A stretch of DNA of 64,000 bases from Octopus sinensis. Its lineage: Eukaryota. The notes below the pieces were generated by a model. It had not been told where the DNA came from. It saw nothing but the letters and a program-made list of their open reading frames with translations, and ran no database searches. This document shows, one piece after another, positions 37,366-51,176 of this stretch. The position numbers and the translations under genes are program-made. The DNA is taken from contig NC_043005.1 of NCBI RefSeq assembly GCF_006345805.1, forward strand, positions 108,748,001 through 108,812,000. The letters are read 5' to 3'. Every line of letters starts with the position of its first letter. Position 1 is the first letter of the stretch.

Positions 37366-37965
37366 CTATTTCTTTATTGCCCACAAGGGGCTAAACATAG
37401 AGGGGACAAACAAGGACAGACAAAGGGATTAAGTCGATTACATTGACCCCAGTGCGAAACTGGTACTTTATTTATCGACCCTGAAAGGATGTAAAGCAAA
37501 GTCGACCTCAGTGGAATTTGAACTCAGAATGTAACGACAGACGAAATACCTATTTCTTTACTACCTACAAGGGGCTAAACACAGAGAGGACAGACAAGGA
37601 CAGACAAACAGATTAAGTCGATTACATCGACCCCAGTGCGTAACTGGTACTTATTTAATCGACCTCGAAAGGATGAAAGGCAAAGTCAACCTCAGTGGAA
37701 TTTGAACTCAGAACGTACCAACAGACGAAATACCTATTTCATTACTACCCACAAGGGGCTAAACACAGAGAGGACAAACAAGGACAGACACATGTTTTAA
37801 GTCCATTACATCGAACCCAGTGCGTAACTGGTACTTAATTTATCGACCCCGAAAAGATGAAAAGCAAAGTCGACCTTGGTGGAATTTGAACTCAGAACGT
37901 ACTGGCAGACGAAATACGGCTTAGCATTTCACCTGGCGTGCTAACATTTCTGCCAGCTCACCACC
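37366..37965 (-). mobile_element. Head-to-tail trimer of family B SINE
   Basis: Units start at 37366, 37550 and 37734; only the last has a full tRNA head. Confidence 0.92.
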
Positions 37966-37969
37966 ATCT

Positions 37970-38290
37970 GTATCCAGCACAGCACTGTCTGTATTCAGTA
38001 TGCTCCAACTTCAAAATTCACGTACTGACCTCCATCACTCACTCATATATGGAATACTCCTACTGTCACCCATCAGTTATCTTGCATTTATCCACCTCTG
38101 AATACTCTCTACACTGATACTCTTTATTGCTTTCATCAACTCATTTTGGCCTTCCTACTATCATTGCCCTCTCTTCTATTTCCTTCCTTGACCACCTGAA
38201 CAAAAGCATACATCTTACATTACCGAGTAGTCTTGATGGTTAATTTGAATATGGCAACTCATCCTGTGTTGGTGCCATGATGGAAAACAC
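37970..38290 (-). mobile_element. Highly degraded LINE (RTE-like) relic, possibly continuing at 37200-37360
   Basis: Purine-rich, coding-like minus strand (AMIVGRPK*VDESNKEYQCRV); weak. Confidence 0.3.
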
Positions 38291-38454
38291 CTCACTTAAC
38301 ATACAAGGTGTTACTTGTGTGCTAGTGTCATGGGGTGCATATGAATACATTGTAAAGAAATGAGTCAGAGAGTGACGACTCTCCAGTCTGACTGCATGGA
38401 AAACAGCAGACATAAAATGATGATGATGAGAAACATAATGATGGTATATATATA

Positions 38455-38855
38455 TATATATGGCTGTGTATTAAGTAGCTTGCTAACCAACCACATGGTT
38501 CCGGGTTCAGTCCCACTGTGTGGCATCTTGGGCAAGTGTCTTCTGCTATAGCCCCGGGCCGACCAATGCCTTGTGAGTGGATTTGGTAGACGGAAACTGA
38601 AAGAAGCCTGTCGTATATATGTATATATATATAAGTGTGTGTGTATGTGTGTGTGTATGTCTGTGTTTGTCCCCCTAGCATTGCTTGACAACCGATGCTG
38701 GTGTGTTTACATCCCCGTCACTTAGCGGTTCGGCAAAAGAGATCGATAGAATAAGTACTGGGCTTACAAAGAATAAGTCCCGGGGTCGAGTTGCTCGACT
38801 AAAGGCAGCGCTCTAGCATGGCCGCAGTCAAATGACTGAAACAAGTAAAAGAGTA
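38455..38855 (+). mobile_element. Family A SINE
   Basis: ggctgtgtattaagtagcttgc...gactgaaacaagtaaaagag. Confidence 0.92.
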
Positions 38856-39209
38856 AAGTAAAGTAAAGAATATATAAATGCGTGTGTATGATGTCTTTTT
38901 GTTGTTGTTTTTTGAACAGGTATACTATATCCCTGTATGTCACAGGAGACAACTAAAATGGTTTGCAAGTGGACGGTCATCTAGTCATAAAATATTGCCT
39001 CAAAAGTTCTGTCAACCACCACCCCCCCGATAACAGCATGACAAAGCAGACATAAAAAAAAGAATCAATAATGATAGTGATGATGACGATGATGATGACG
39101 ATGATGATGATGATGAGAATATACGTATATGAATGTACCATTCATAAAGATATGTGTATATATATACATATATACACACATTCTATATACATTGATGCAT
39201 TATACATTC

Positions 39210-39244
<35 letters not shown>

Positions 39245-39267
39245 ATATATATATGTATATGCATGTG

Positions 39268-39298
<31 letters not shown>

Positions 39299-39440
39299 AT
39301 ATATACATGTATGTATGTATATATATATATATATAATATATACACGCACACATGTATTTGAATATATACAGATAAATGTATAAATGCATGTGGTATGCAC
39401 ACACACATACATACACATATACATACATACATACATACAT

Positions 39441-39471
<31 letters not shown>

Positions 39472-40009
39472 CATATGCACAAAAGATGAGTTAATTTGCT
39501 TGTGTATGTCATCAGCAAGATGACTTGAGAAGATTCCTTGATCAAACATTCTCTGTATCAGATTAAAAATCTAACGTCTTTCTTTGTGTATTCCTACACG
39601 AACGTGTGAGTGTGTCTATGCATCTGCATGAGGAGTGCTTGTGTATACGCATGTATGTGAGTGTGAATGTCTGTTTCTACGTTTTTATCCTCAGCAATCT
39701 TTGTTATCATGTATCTTTTATAGCCCTCAATCCATCATTTCCATTGTCGTTTATATGACGGTGTGTCAGTGTACGATACCATTGACCAAGGCATCCCTTA
39801 ATGTACTTCAACACCCTTCCATCAAATTCCATCTGCTTTGAATAATCCTACATAACACAGAAGTCCATTGGGATCGTTCCCTCTATGTCCCTCTCACCAG
39901 TTCAGCTCAGTCGTAATACAGAGATACATAATTGGCACAAGGTCACAGCATTGTGCAACGAGAGATGTACAACTGATTAAATCCATCCTTTTTTCTCCTG
40001 CTGCTGCTG

Positions 40010-40455
<446 letters not shown>

Positions 40456-41527
40456 GTTGTCTGTTTGTTGTTGTTTGCTTTATGAGTAGTTACATAATAA
40501 ATAAACAGTGAAGCATCAAATGAAAGATCAATTAATAACATTTAAAAAAATAACATTTATTTTTACAATGTATTTGTTGATAGTGATTTCAAAACGTTGG
40601 TCAAACTGTTAACTTGTCTGAAAATAAAAACAAAAAAACATTTGCCCTGTGAAACATTGAATCCACTATCAAGCTTTACATTGATAAAAAATAAATATCT
40701 GTATATTTAATCCATTTCCTGATAGATAGCAGAGCAACCTTCCAAACTACTTGAGCATAAAGGTTTATATTATGAATAAATCACGATATTTATTTAGACT
40801 GGTTCAATTGTATTTCATTAACAGAGCTATTTTGTTGCTAAATATGCTAGAAATAGCTGCTAAATCTTCTTCAAATGCTACTGTCTTCAGGAAGCACATT
40901 GCTTAATAGTCATGTCTGCATCAATATATAAATGCATTCCCCATTCCCAGAAACTAATTCAATGCTCCAGCCTTCCACCACCAATTCTGCCGTCTTTGCA
41001 TCTTTTCCACTACCCGGCCCTGTATCTCTATTACAAGACACCTGAGCTTGTCCTTCCACCTTCCACTTGAGCCTCTTGACATTTGACACAGAACCATTGC
41101 CTTTCCCCCCTCTCAAACACTTCCTGTCACTCCATATAGTCAAGGAAGTTTTCTTTCCTGCTCTCCTCCCTTTTATCTCCTTCTTCTAGTTCCTTTCTTT
41201 TCTTACTATGCATGTTACTTGACAACCGTGCTACTCCTTGGTTGCAAAAGAGAACCCCAGTATACTGGGTAATGGAGTTGGCATTAGGAAGAGCACCCAG
41301 CAGTAGAAATCCAGCCAATGATGATACTGGGGCTCAATGCAGCTTTATACTTCATTGGATTCAAACTATTCAATCAAAGCCAGCATAGAAAACAGACATC
41401 AAATTTTTATGATGATGATAATGATGAAGATGATGATGGTGATGGTGATGATAGTGGTGGTGGTGGTGGTGGTGGTGGTGGTGGTGGTGGTGATGATACA
41501 CACATACATATAGTCATACATATATAT

Positions 41528-41760
41528 ACCTATTTCTTTACTACCCACAAGGGGCTAAACAGAGTGGACAAACAAGGACAGACAGACAGATTAAGTCGAT
41601 TACATTGACCCCAATGTGTAACTGGTACTTAATTTATAGACCCCAAAAGGATGAAGGGCAAAGTTGACCTCGGCGGAATTTAAACTCAGAATGTAATGAC
41701 AGATGAAATACCGCTAAGCATTTCGCCTGACGAGCTAACGTTTCAGCCAGCAGGTCGTCT
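41528..41760 (-). mobile_element. Family B SINE
   Basis: As 15140-15375. Confidence 0.9.
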
Positions 41761-41774
41761 TATACATTTATACG

Positions 41775-41870
41775 TAACCTTATCAGACATGTGGTCATGA
41801 TGGGTATACTGGGCTTCACGTATTTTACTTCTGTGTCACTTTGATGGCATACACTGCTCTCTCACTCAAC
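41775..41870 (+). mobile_element. Family D 3' fragment
   Basis: ccttatcagac...gtgtcactttgatggcatacactgctctctcactcaa is the reverse complement of 2196-2290. Confidence 0.8.
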
Positions 41871-41985
41871 ATACATGTGTGTGTAAGTGTGTGTGTGTGT
41901 AGATAGATAGATAGCGGGAGAGAGAGAGAGGCGAAGAGAGGGGCGAAGAGTAGATATGCTAGTAATTTTCAAACTCTGTTATGTA

Positions 41986-42207
41986 CAGTAGGGTGGGGAA
42001 ATAAATATTCGTTCACATCAAAATTCTTTATTTATTTAATTTCTAATGAGCATAAATGGGATATACCAATACTATATTTGCATACACATGCATAAACTAA
42101 GAATATGCAAAAGAAGTTAATAAGGTATTGGTATATCCCATTTATGTTCATTAGAAATTAAATAAATAAAGAATTTTGACATGTACGAATATTTTTTACT
42201 CCCGCTG
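41986..42207. mobile_element. Tc1/mariner-type MITE
   Basis: TA|cagtaggtggggaaataaatattcg ... cgaatattttttactcccgctg|TA; ~85-bp inverted arms. Confidence 0.88.
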
Positions 42208-42286
42208 TACATAGCGGGATTGCACAAATATATATAGAAAGTCAAAAATTACCATTAGGCTGAAATCAGATTTGCATTTAGTAAAT

Positions 42287-42565
42287 TGGTGGTTCTCAAT
42301 AATTTTTTTTACCTATGGACTCCTTTGATCCCTATTTTATTTTACAGGGCTCACTTCACTATTTGATGTCCCAAAAAGGTCCTATTGTATTTTTATGCTT
42401 AAATATTTTTAGGAATTATATAAAAAAAACTGTTAAAATATTATGTGTACTGTAGAAGTGTAACCGATTTAATGCAAATAATTTTTTATCAACAAAATCT
42501 TATATGCACCCCCAAAGGTCATATGAACCCCCAAGGGTAATATGGATCCCAATTGAGACCCACTG
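42287..42565. mobile_element. hAT (Charlie-like) MITE
   Basis: TIR tggtggttctcaa / ttgagacccactg; perfect 8-bp TSD tagtaaat (42279-86, 42566-73). Confidence 0.92.
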
Positions 42566-42859
42566 TAGTAAATAAAAAGCTCCAGTCTTAAAGCAATAAA
42601 TAAGGGAGATAGGTCCAATGAAATCAAGTGAAAGTTTTAGAATATAGACAATGCCATGAGAGAGAGGCTTGTCTTAAAAACCAACAGAAGAAAGCACCAA
42701 ATTTGTTTCAGCCTTATTATGCCTCCTCAATGAAGCATATTTTACTCAGTTGGTAGGAGTATAAGGATTAATACATACATAACATCTATAAAATACCTAC
42801 CTACCTACCTACATACATACATACATACATACATACATACATACCTACATACATACATA

Positions 42860-43105
42860 CATGATGATGATGGCAGCCCCCTCGTTATCGAGTATGGCCA
42901 TTGCACAAAGCTTAACTGTTATTGGTGCTGTAATCGAATGTGACTTTTGAGCCCAGCTAAAGATCTACAATGGCTTGTACAGAATTGGCAGCTAAAACCT
43001 TTACCGGTAATAGCCGGCTGTAGTTCATGTACCTTTGCATGTCGTCTAAGCCCTCCTGCCGAAATACACTCTCTTCCACATGCCAGACAGATATGATTAG
43101 TATGC
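42860..43105 (-). mobile_element. 5'-truncated LINE 3' end encoding two C2H2 zinc fingers
   Basis: HICLACGRECISAGGLRRHAKVH...FSCQFCTSHCRSLAGLKSHIRLQH*, short UTR ggccatactcgataacgagggg, (ATC)n tail. Confidence 0.75.
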
Positions 43106-43179
43106 AAACCTACATACATACATACATACATACATACATACATGCATACATACATACATGCATACATACATATATACAC

Positions 43180-43682
43180 ATGACGTTGTAGCCGGGACTC
43201 TCTTTAATGAAATCCATCAGAAGTTTAATCCCGAGGACAAAGAGATAAAAATCCACAATATGGTAGAAGCCATAGCCACTCATAATGAAAAGGAATACTG
43301 GTGGAATGTACTAGTGAAGACCTTAATAAAATGTAAACACAACAGACTTGATATAATGCTGTAAGATAGAGAAGAGAAACTGTGCACAGTTGTAGAAATT
43401 AGCAGCCCAGTGGATGTTAACATAAAGCTGAAGATCAGTGAAAAAGAGAACACCTATGCTGAACTATTGAGAAATCTGCAGTTGCTCTATCCAGATTACA
43501 AGTTCAGGTTTATACCTGTAATTATTGGGGCCCTGGGATATGTAACACACTGCCTAAATACCAGTCTTGAGAAATTAGGCTTCTCAAGACCAGAAAGGAG
43601 ACAGCTAATTCGAAAATTACTGATCGAATCCATCGCTGGAACAGTAAAAATCTGTAAAACTTTCCAGAAGTTTATCATTTAA
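43180..43682 (+). mobile_element. Dong/R4 LINE RLE endonuclease 3' fragment
   Basis: YWWNVLVKT..KCKHNRLDIML*DREEKLCTVVEISSPVDVNIKLKISEKENTYAEL...IPVIIGALG; PD-(D/E)xK-type domain. Confidence 0.92.
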
Positions 43683-44010
43683 ATATACATGAGCATGTCT
43701 AAATATGTAACTATATGCATGAGAATACATAGATAAAGCATACAAATCTGCACATACATGCATGCATACATACATACATACATACAAAAATACCATGTTG
43801 TTGATGTTGAAATTCCAGTGAAGGAGCCATGGATCTAGGTTAGAAACCGGTTCTTTCTCTATTGGCGAGAAATCTTGAAATAAACTGAATAATGACATCC
43901 ATCCATCCATCCATAAATACATACATACAAGACAACATACCACAATGCATTTGCAGTACCAGTGCTGATTCATACATCTGGGGTAGTTGACTGTGGAAAT
44001 CTCTACAGAA

Positions 44011-44400
44011 ATAGGTGCAGGAGTGGCTGTGTGGTAAGTAGCTTGCTTACGAACCACATGGTTCTGGGTTCATTCCCACAACGTGACACCTCGGGCGAGT
44101 GCCTTCTACTATAGCCTCGGGCCGACCAAAGCCTTGTGAGTGGATTTGGTAGACGGAAACTGAAAGAAGCCCGTCGTATATATGTATGTGTGTATATGTT
44201 TGTGTGTCTGTGTTTGTGCCCCCAACATTGTTTGACAATCAATGGTGGTGTGTTTACATCCCCGTAACTTAGTGGTTTGGCAAAAGAGACTGATAGAATA
44301 AGTACTAGGCTTCCAAAGAATAAGTCCTGGGGTGGATTTGCTCAACTAAAGGTGGTGCTCCAGCATAGCCACAGTCAAATGACTGAAACAAGTAAAAGAG
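44011..44400 (+). mobile_element. Family A SINE
   Basis: aggtgcaggagtggctgtgtggtaag...gactgaaacaagtaaaagag. Confidence 0.92.
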
Positions 44401-44419
44401 AATATCAAAAGGGTCTAAG

Positions 44420-45400
44420 AAGAGTAAAAGGAGGTTGAGCTTTGAGATCAGAGTGGACAGCCTTCAAATATCGTAGAGTCTCTCTCAGACAGCACTTGAT
44501 AAAGGAGCAGCAGCAAAAATATTGCATTAACTCAGTGCTGAAAAATGAAGAGAACAGTAACCTACGTTCGCAGAGAGTTCCTCAGGCAGTACACTCTCCC
44601 TGCTGACCTTCTGTACAACTCCAAATAAACTGGATGAGCATACCTCAAAGAAGGTCTGCATGTGAAATGCTCAGCATACCAAGAAAAGACCATATATATG
44701 TGTATGTTTCTCAAAGGCTTGAAGACAATAATATTGACATGGAGCAAAGCCTGTCTTGGACTTCTGACCACTACATCACACTTCAAAGGTTGTGCCTTTG
44801 CAATCCAAGAACAAAAGATTACAACTAAATACCTAATAAACAAAGATGCAATCAAAAATGTAGATTATGTCATATTTCTGTGGAAGACATCACAAATGTC
44901 ATCATAGTACTACATCACACAAACAATAAACAATGCCACCCGGAAAATACTGTCATTGCATAAATCAGAGAATTCACCTGTCATCAAATATGTATACAAA
45001 CATCAACACATGGAATACAGGTGGAATATTCTCAGCAAAACATCTGTCAAGAATAAGCATAACAGTCTGATATTATCATTTGAATCAGACAACAAAACGC
45101 ATGGACTGTTGTAGAGGTGAGCTGTCCTGCCGATGTGAATATCTCTTTGAAAATCAAAGAGAGAGCAGATAACTATGGACAACTGCTTCAGAACTGCCAG
45201 CTTCTCTATCCAGATTATAGATTTACATCAGTACCAATAATAATTGGTGCACTTTGATTTGTGAGTAAATACCTAACTAGTATTCTGGATAAGCTTGGAT
45301 TTTCAGAAAAAGAAATCAAACTAACTTGCACATTACAAATACAATTTGTAAGTAGAATAATAAAAATATGCAAGGCTTTCCTTAAGTTTAAAATGTGACA
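44420..45400 (+). mobile_element. Older Dong/R4 LINE 3' fragment
   Basis: IDMEQSLSWTSDHYITSHFKGCAFAIQEQKITTKYL...VEVSCPADVNISLKIKE...LYPDYRFTSVPIIIGAL (frameshifted); paralogous to 43180-43682. Confidence 0.85.
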
Positions 45401-45519
45401 TGGTTTTTGGTATCTACATTCAAACTAAGGAGCTTGGTATCTTTCTTGGAAAATAGCTCCTTCCTCAGAGGAAGAATCAGAATAGTTAAAAACAGAAGTT
45501 TTTTCTTTTTTTTTTTTTT

Positions 45520-45922
45520 TTTACTTGTTTTATCATTCATTTGACTGCGCCATGCGGAGCAACACCGCCTTTTAGTCGAGCAAATCACCCGGGACTTATT
45601 CTTCGTAAGCCCAATACTTATTCTATCGGTCTCTTTTGCCGAACCGCTAAGTGGCGGGATGTAAACAACACACCAGCATCAGTTGTCAAGCAATGCTAGT
45701 GGAACAAACGCAGACACACAAACACACACACACACACACATATATTATACATATATACGACAGGCTTCTTTCAGTTTGCGTCTACCAACTCCACTCCACA
45801 GAGCATTGGGTGGCCCGAGGCTATAGCAGAAGACACTTGCCCAAGATGCCACGCAGTGGGACTGAACCCAGAATCATGTGGTTGGTTAGCAACCTACTTA
45901 TCACACAGCCACTCCTGCGCCT
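45520..45922 (-). mobile_element. Family A SINE
   Basis: Full head and tail motifs. Confidence 0.92.
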
Positions 45923-46296
45923 ATGTATGCATACATACATTCATACATAGAGACATACAAACATTTATACATACATACATACATACATATACAGGGGAAT
46001 ATATATTGGCCTATAAAATAGGACCATTTCCTATATCGCTTCTCTCCCTCACTCTCTCACTCAGTTTTTCATGCTCTTTTACCCTCTATATTTTCCAAAA
46101 TTTCAATGAAATGATTCTATTTGTATTATCTCCCTTTGTTGCCATTTTATATTTCTAGAGGGAGTCTTTTGTTTACTAACTGAGTATATACTCTTGGTTA
46201 AAATAGATTTTTACTCTATAATAATTGGGAAACTGTAGATATTCCTATTTAATAGACAGAAATACATAAAACTGTTTTGTTTTTTCTTTTTACAAT

Positions 46297-46659
46297 TGAC
46301 AATTATTCGGTAACCATGATAAAACTCCAAGTTTCGGATGCCGAGGTGGAAATCCATGCCACCATCTCTTCAGTTATCCTTCACTTATCTCTTCGGTTAT
46401 GTGTTGGTATGGACATGAGCACTTACGCGAATACTATGAACTTTTTACCCTCTTACTTTTACTCCCTCCCCTCACTTAGCGGTCATTCAAATATCTCTTT
46501 TGTCTTAATAACGGTCAATCACACAGAAATTTACCTTTGTTTAACAGTAATTTTTCATAGCATATTTCTGATGGACGGATAACTGAAGAGATCATGGCGT
46601 GGATTTCCACCTTGGCATCCGAAACTCGGAGTTTTATCTTGGCTACCGAATAATTGTCA
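46297..46659. mobile_element. Unclassified MITE with ~85-bp TIRs
   Basis: tgacaattattcggtaacc...ctcttcagttatcc / ggataactgaagag...ggctaccgaataattgtca. Confidence 0.8.
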
Positions 46660-46815
46660 CATATTACAATTACAGATAAATTCCTCTATTTACATAATAT
46701 CGAGGTCTCTTTCATTCTTTTCTTGTCTTACCATTTTTATCAATACATACATATAATATATATTATATTATATATTATAATCTATATACATACATATATA
46801 CATACATATATATAT

Positions 46816-46854
<39 letters not shown>

Positions 46855-46893
46855 CATACATAAATATAAATATATATATGTATGTTTTTTCAG

Positions 46894-47068
46894 AGGGAAA
46901 GGTGCATCCTTCAAGAGTGCTTCAATGATTTCTAAGAAGGGCAAGTGGATGAAAGGAAAACAAAGTCTATCTTCTGAACTTACACCTGACCCTAATACTT
47001 ACAAAAGAATGAACTCTGCTAAAGACTTCCAAAGGCCAGGTTTTGATGGTGCCAAAGGGAAACCACAG
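46894..47068 (+). CDS. Candidate exon (GKGASFKSASMISKKGKWMKGKQSLSSELTPDPNTYKRMNSAKDFQRPGFDGAKGKPQ) or TE ORF relic
   Basis: Acceptor gttttttcag, one open frame, donor CAG|gttaag; no homology recognised. Confidence 0.25.
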
Positions 47069-47713
47069 GTTAAGTCTACCAACCAATATGTTACTGTGAA
47101 ACATCTTGGGCAAGTTATAACCACTGATATTCCCACAGCGTAAAATATATGTATATTCAGAATTCCTGTATACCTTGAATGCTAAAGGTGGATTTTGAAA
47201 TTTACCAAAGAAAGGTATCTTCTCCGTTTCCTTTATCATATAACAAGGGACACATCAGCAAAAGCATGACTCATACAAGAGAATTTGAAACTAACTCATT
47301 TCCACTCCCCCACTCTAACCCCCCCTTTTTTCTGTTCCCCCTACCCCCTTCCTTTGCATTCTCCTTCTCAATCATTAGACCAGCATTTTAACTACTAAGC
47401 CATCACATCCTGACTGGCTTTGAATTTTTAGTAAATTGGCATTTTTGTCCACCAGTGAGCAACTAATATATTCAGCGCTTGAAGAATGAGATTGAATAGC
47501 TACTCTTGTAGTGGAAACCAATATGTCCACTGCTAGAATACAAATTCAATAGGAAATCAATAGGAAGGTTCCTCAGTGATTATCTTGGTAAATAAATCAA
47601 ACTATTTTTTTTTTCACTCTCTCTTCCTTCAGTATTGGGTTTTATTTCATTGTGTTCCAGATTGGCTAGGGTGAGGAGTTATATGTATAAATATACATAG
47701 ACATACATACAAA

Positions 47714-47744
<31 letters not shown>

Positions 47745-48850
47745 GACCTATTATATAGATATATATATATGTATATGAATATGTGTGTGTGTATATATAA
47801 TATATATATATGTATATACATATATATATGTGTATAATATATATCTATATATATATATTATATATATATGGTGTGTTTTTAAATATATTCTGTGTGTATA
47901 GAAAGAATGCACATAAGTTAAAGGTTTTATAGGTGTATATAGGCACACACACATGTGTATATGTGTGTGTGTATATATATATATATAAATATATATATGT
48001 ATGTATATATATATATATATATAAATGCATAGATATACATATGTGTGTGTACGTACATGTGTACATACATACATACATACATGCATACATACATACATAC
48101 ATGCATACATACATACATACATACATACATACACACATACATACATACATACATACATACATACATACATACATACATACATACATACATACCACAATAT
48201 ATTAAATTGGCTGAGTGTATGTAGTTGGTGTCGGTGTATGTTTGTTCAGAAACCTAAATAGAAGATGTATAAGAAGAAAAGGAATGGAGTTTGAGAAAGA
48301 ACTAGAAAGAGAGAGAGAGAGACAGAGAGATATAGAGAAAGACAGAGAGAGAGAGAGAGAGAGTGTGAAAGAAGAGGGTTAGTGAATAAGAACAACAGAC
48401 ATATAGACAGATATTTAAACATACACTGTTATAGAGGAAAAGGAGAGTTAGAAGAAATAGATTAAGACAAACAGTGGCACGGAGGGAAATGTTCATAATA
48501 TACAACTGAGGCTGGACATAGTGAGTACAGGACACACTTGAAGCAAACTCTAAATGGAAAGAGCAGACGACATATCACATGACCAGCAGACAAGAGAAGA
48601 AAACACAATGCTATATTAGATGTCTGTTACGTATATATTCTTATGGTATGTCACAGTTTTAATGTTATTTTGGTGTTATGAATTTGGATAAGTTCATATG
48701 CCACAGGGAATTGGGCAATCTTGGGTTTTGGGACTGATCCTTTGTCTGCCGCTGTAGACAAGCTCCATTCTCTTTAAATGATTATTTTTTCACATATCTT
48801 CTTGTTAGTTAAGATTGCATAAATATCTAATACATACACACACACACCAC

Positions 48851-48885
<35 letters not shown>

Positions 48886-48917
48886 GAGTTAATTAGTTAT
48901 GTATTAAATGCATTTAA

Positions 48918-49138
48918 CCCTTTCGTTACCGTATTTATTTTGAGATGCTCTGTGTTTCTTTCAATTATTTTAAATATAACAAAGAATTTAGTAAAATAAC
49001 TTAGCTATCATTAAGCTAGTGTTAGGAATATAAATTGCAACTAATGTTTGGTGGTATATTTTGATGCAAAACTTATGAAAACAAGACATTTGTACTACAG
49101 AGCCAGAGCCAGTTTTGACCAGGTTAGTAACGAAAGAG
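48918..49138. mobile_element. piggyBac-type MITE
   Basis: TTAA|ccctttcgttacc ... gtaacgaaagag; homologous to 27159-27380. Confidence 0.88.
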
Positions 49139-49234
49139 TTGGTATACTTAGGGAGAAATGATTAAACATAGTGTTGGTAAAATTTTTTAAAGGATTGTAT
49201 CATCATCATCACCACCACCATCACCACCACCACC

Positions 49235-49268
<34 letters not shown>

Positions 49269-50044
49269 CCATCATCATCATCACAATCCTCCTCCTCCTC
49301 ATCATCATCATCATCTTCTGTATTATGTTAAAATGATGTAAATCCTTAATAGCCATACAGAATGGCCTATTTGATGAAAATGCCAGATGAAACCTTTAAT
49401 AAAGTTCTTACCAAAAGATTTTTCACTTTGAATTTAGTAATAAAGTACTGTCAGTAATTTTTTTACTGTGATAGTGCATAAATCCTGTAAGTTAGTATGT
49501 GAAAACCTAGCCTTTTATACTATTAAAATTATAAAATTTTAATAAGCTTTTTCTACTGGTTCAATGAACTGCGTAAAGATAGTTTAAAATGTAATTATCC
49601 ATATGATCATATGACACAAATTTCATTCTTTGACAGTATTCAAGATTTTCTTTTCGGTTTCTTGGTTAGGGGTATTTATTCTTTCCATTTAACCAAATAC
49701 TATATGTCACCCTGACAAGACACATCTTATTTTAATCCACTCACATTTTAATTTTCACAGTTTTATTAGCACTGTTTCTGTTTGCCACACTAAGCAATGT
49801 GACCAGCACCTCATTCATCTACTCACTTTCATTTTACAATTCCTAGTTTTACTCTTTATTTCTTATTCATCAGCCTCTTGTTTTGCTCTACCTCGCTAGC
49901 AAGGCAGCAAATGAATACACATCGCTATTTATACTAGCATGGAAAAATAGATAGTAAATGAATAAACAAACGCATATGTTGGGATATACACATAAATACC
50001 GATGTACACACACACACACATAGTTATGTATAACTATTTCTCTT

Positions 50045-50425
50045 TTTTACTTGTTTCAGTCATTTTGACTGCGGCCATGCTGGTGCACCGCCTTTAATCG
50101 AGCAACTCGACCCCAGGACTTGTTCTTTGTAAGCCCAGTACTTATTCTATTGGTCTCTTTTGCCGAACCACTAAGTGATGGGGACATAAACACACCAGCA
50201 TCAGTTGTCAAGCAATGCTAGGTGGACAAACACAGACACACAAACACACAAACATACATATATATACGTATATACGACAGGCTTCTTTCAGTTTCCGTCT
50301 ACCAAATCCACTCACAAGGCTTTGGTTGGCCCGAGGCTATAGTAGAAGACACTTGCCCAAGGTGCCACACAGTGGGACTGAACCTGGAACCATGTGGTTG
50401 GTAAACAAGCTACTTACCACACAGC
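50045..50425 (-). mobile_element. Family A SINE
   Basis: Full motifs. Confidence 0.92.
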
Positions 50426-51004
50426 CATAGACTCAGAATTTGAAAGATTTTTCACATCAGTATTAGTGCAAGGAGAAAACTCTCCTCGCAGATAAAATAT
50501 TTTAAGTCACATTGAGCTATGAATGCATTTTAGAACATATGCATTTCTACGTCATTGCATATTACCAGCTATGAATGCAAAATTCATCTGTCATAACCAT
50601 ATAAGAAAAGTGAATGTTTACTGCTGTCCATGAAGCTTGGTGGAACTGTAATTAAATAATTTGTGTCACAAGAATCAGCATTAAATAAATTATGATTATA
50701 TACAACCATATTTAATACATTCGTGTACACTTGGACGTGGGAAGACCTTTTGCTGAGGAAGCCGTAGATAATGATGAGCAATGATGCAGACATGTATGCA
50801 TGCTATGCTCTGACAACATCATTCATAGCTAAATGCAGACTAATTCTGCAATGAAAAGTCTCCCTGTGTCTGAGTGTACACAAACCCATAAAATATGGTT
50901 GTACATGCTTATAATTTATTCAGTGTTATTCTATGCAACTTTGTGTGTGTGTGCATGCATGTCAGTCTTATATTATATATAATATATAATATATATATAT
51001 ATTA

Positions 51005-51066
51005 TCTAGAAGGAGCTTCTACAGGACTAGAACTGTTTCATTCAAGAGAAATCTTCAGGAAAGCTA
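51005..51066 (-). ncRNA. Type I hammerhead, same family as 36627-36763
   Basis: Minus strand agctttc-CTGAAGA-tttctcttgaat-GAAA-cag ttctagtc ctg-TA-gaagctcc. Confidence 0.7.
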
Positions 51067-51076
51067 GTTAACAGAA

Positions 51077-51176
51077 NNNNNNNNNNNNNNNNNNNNNNNN
51101 NNNNNNNNNNNNNNNNNNNNNNNNNNNNNNNNNNNNNNNNNNNNNNNNNNNNNNNNNNNNNNNNNNNNNNNNNNNN
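51077..51176. other. Assembly gap (100 N)
   Basis: Run of N. Confidence 1.

Noticed and set aside
40910-41143. LINE endonuclease relic
   Set aside because: The purine-rich minus-strand frame lacks identifiable APE motifs
42919-43179. Host C2H2 zinc-finger gene
   Set aside because: The ORF start is a microsatellite, and the fingers are followed by a short UTR and (ATC)n tail typical of a LINE end
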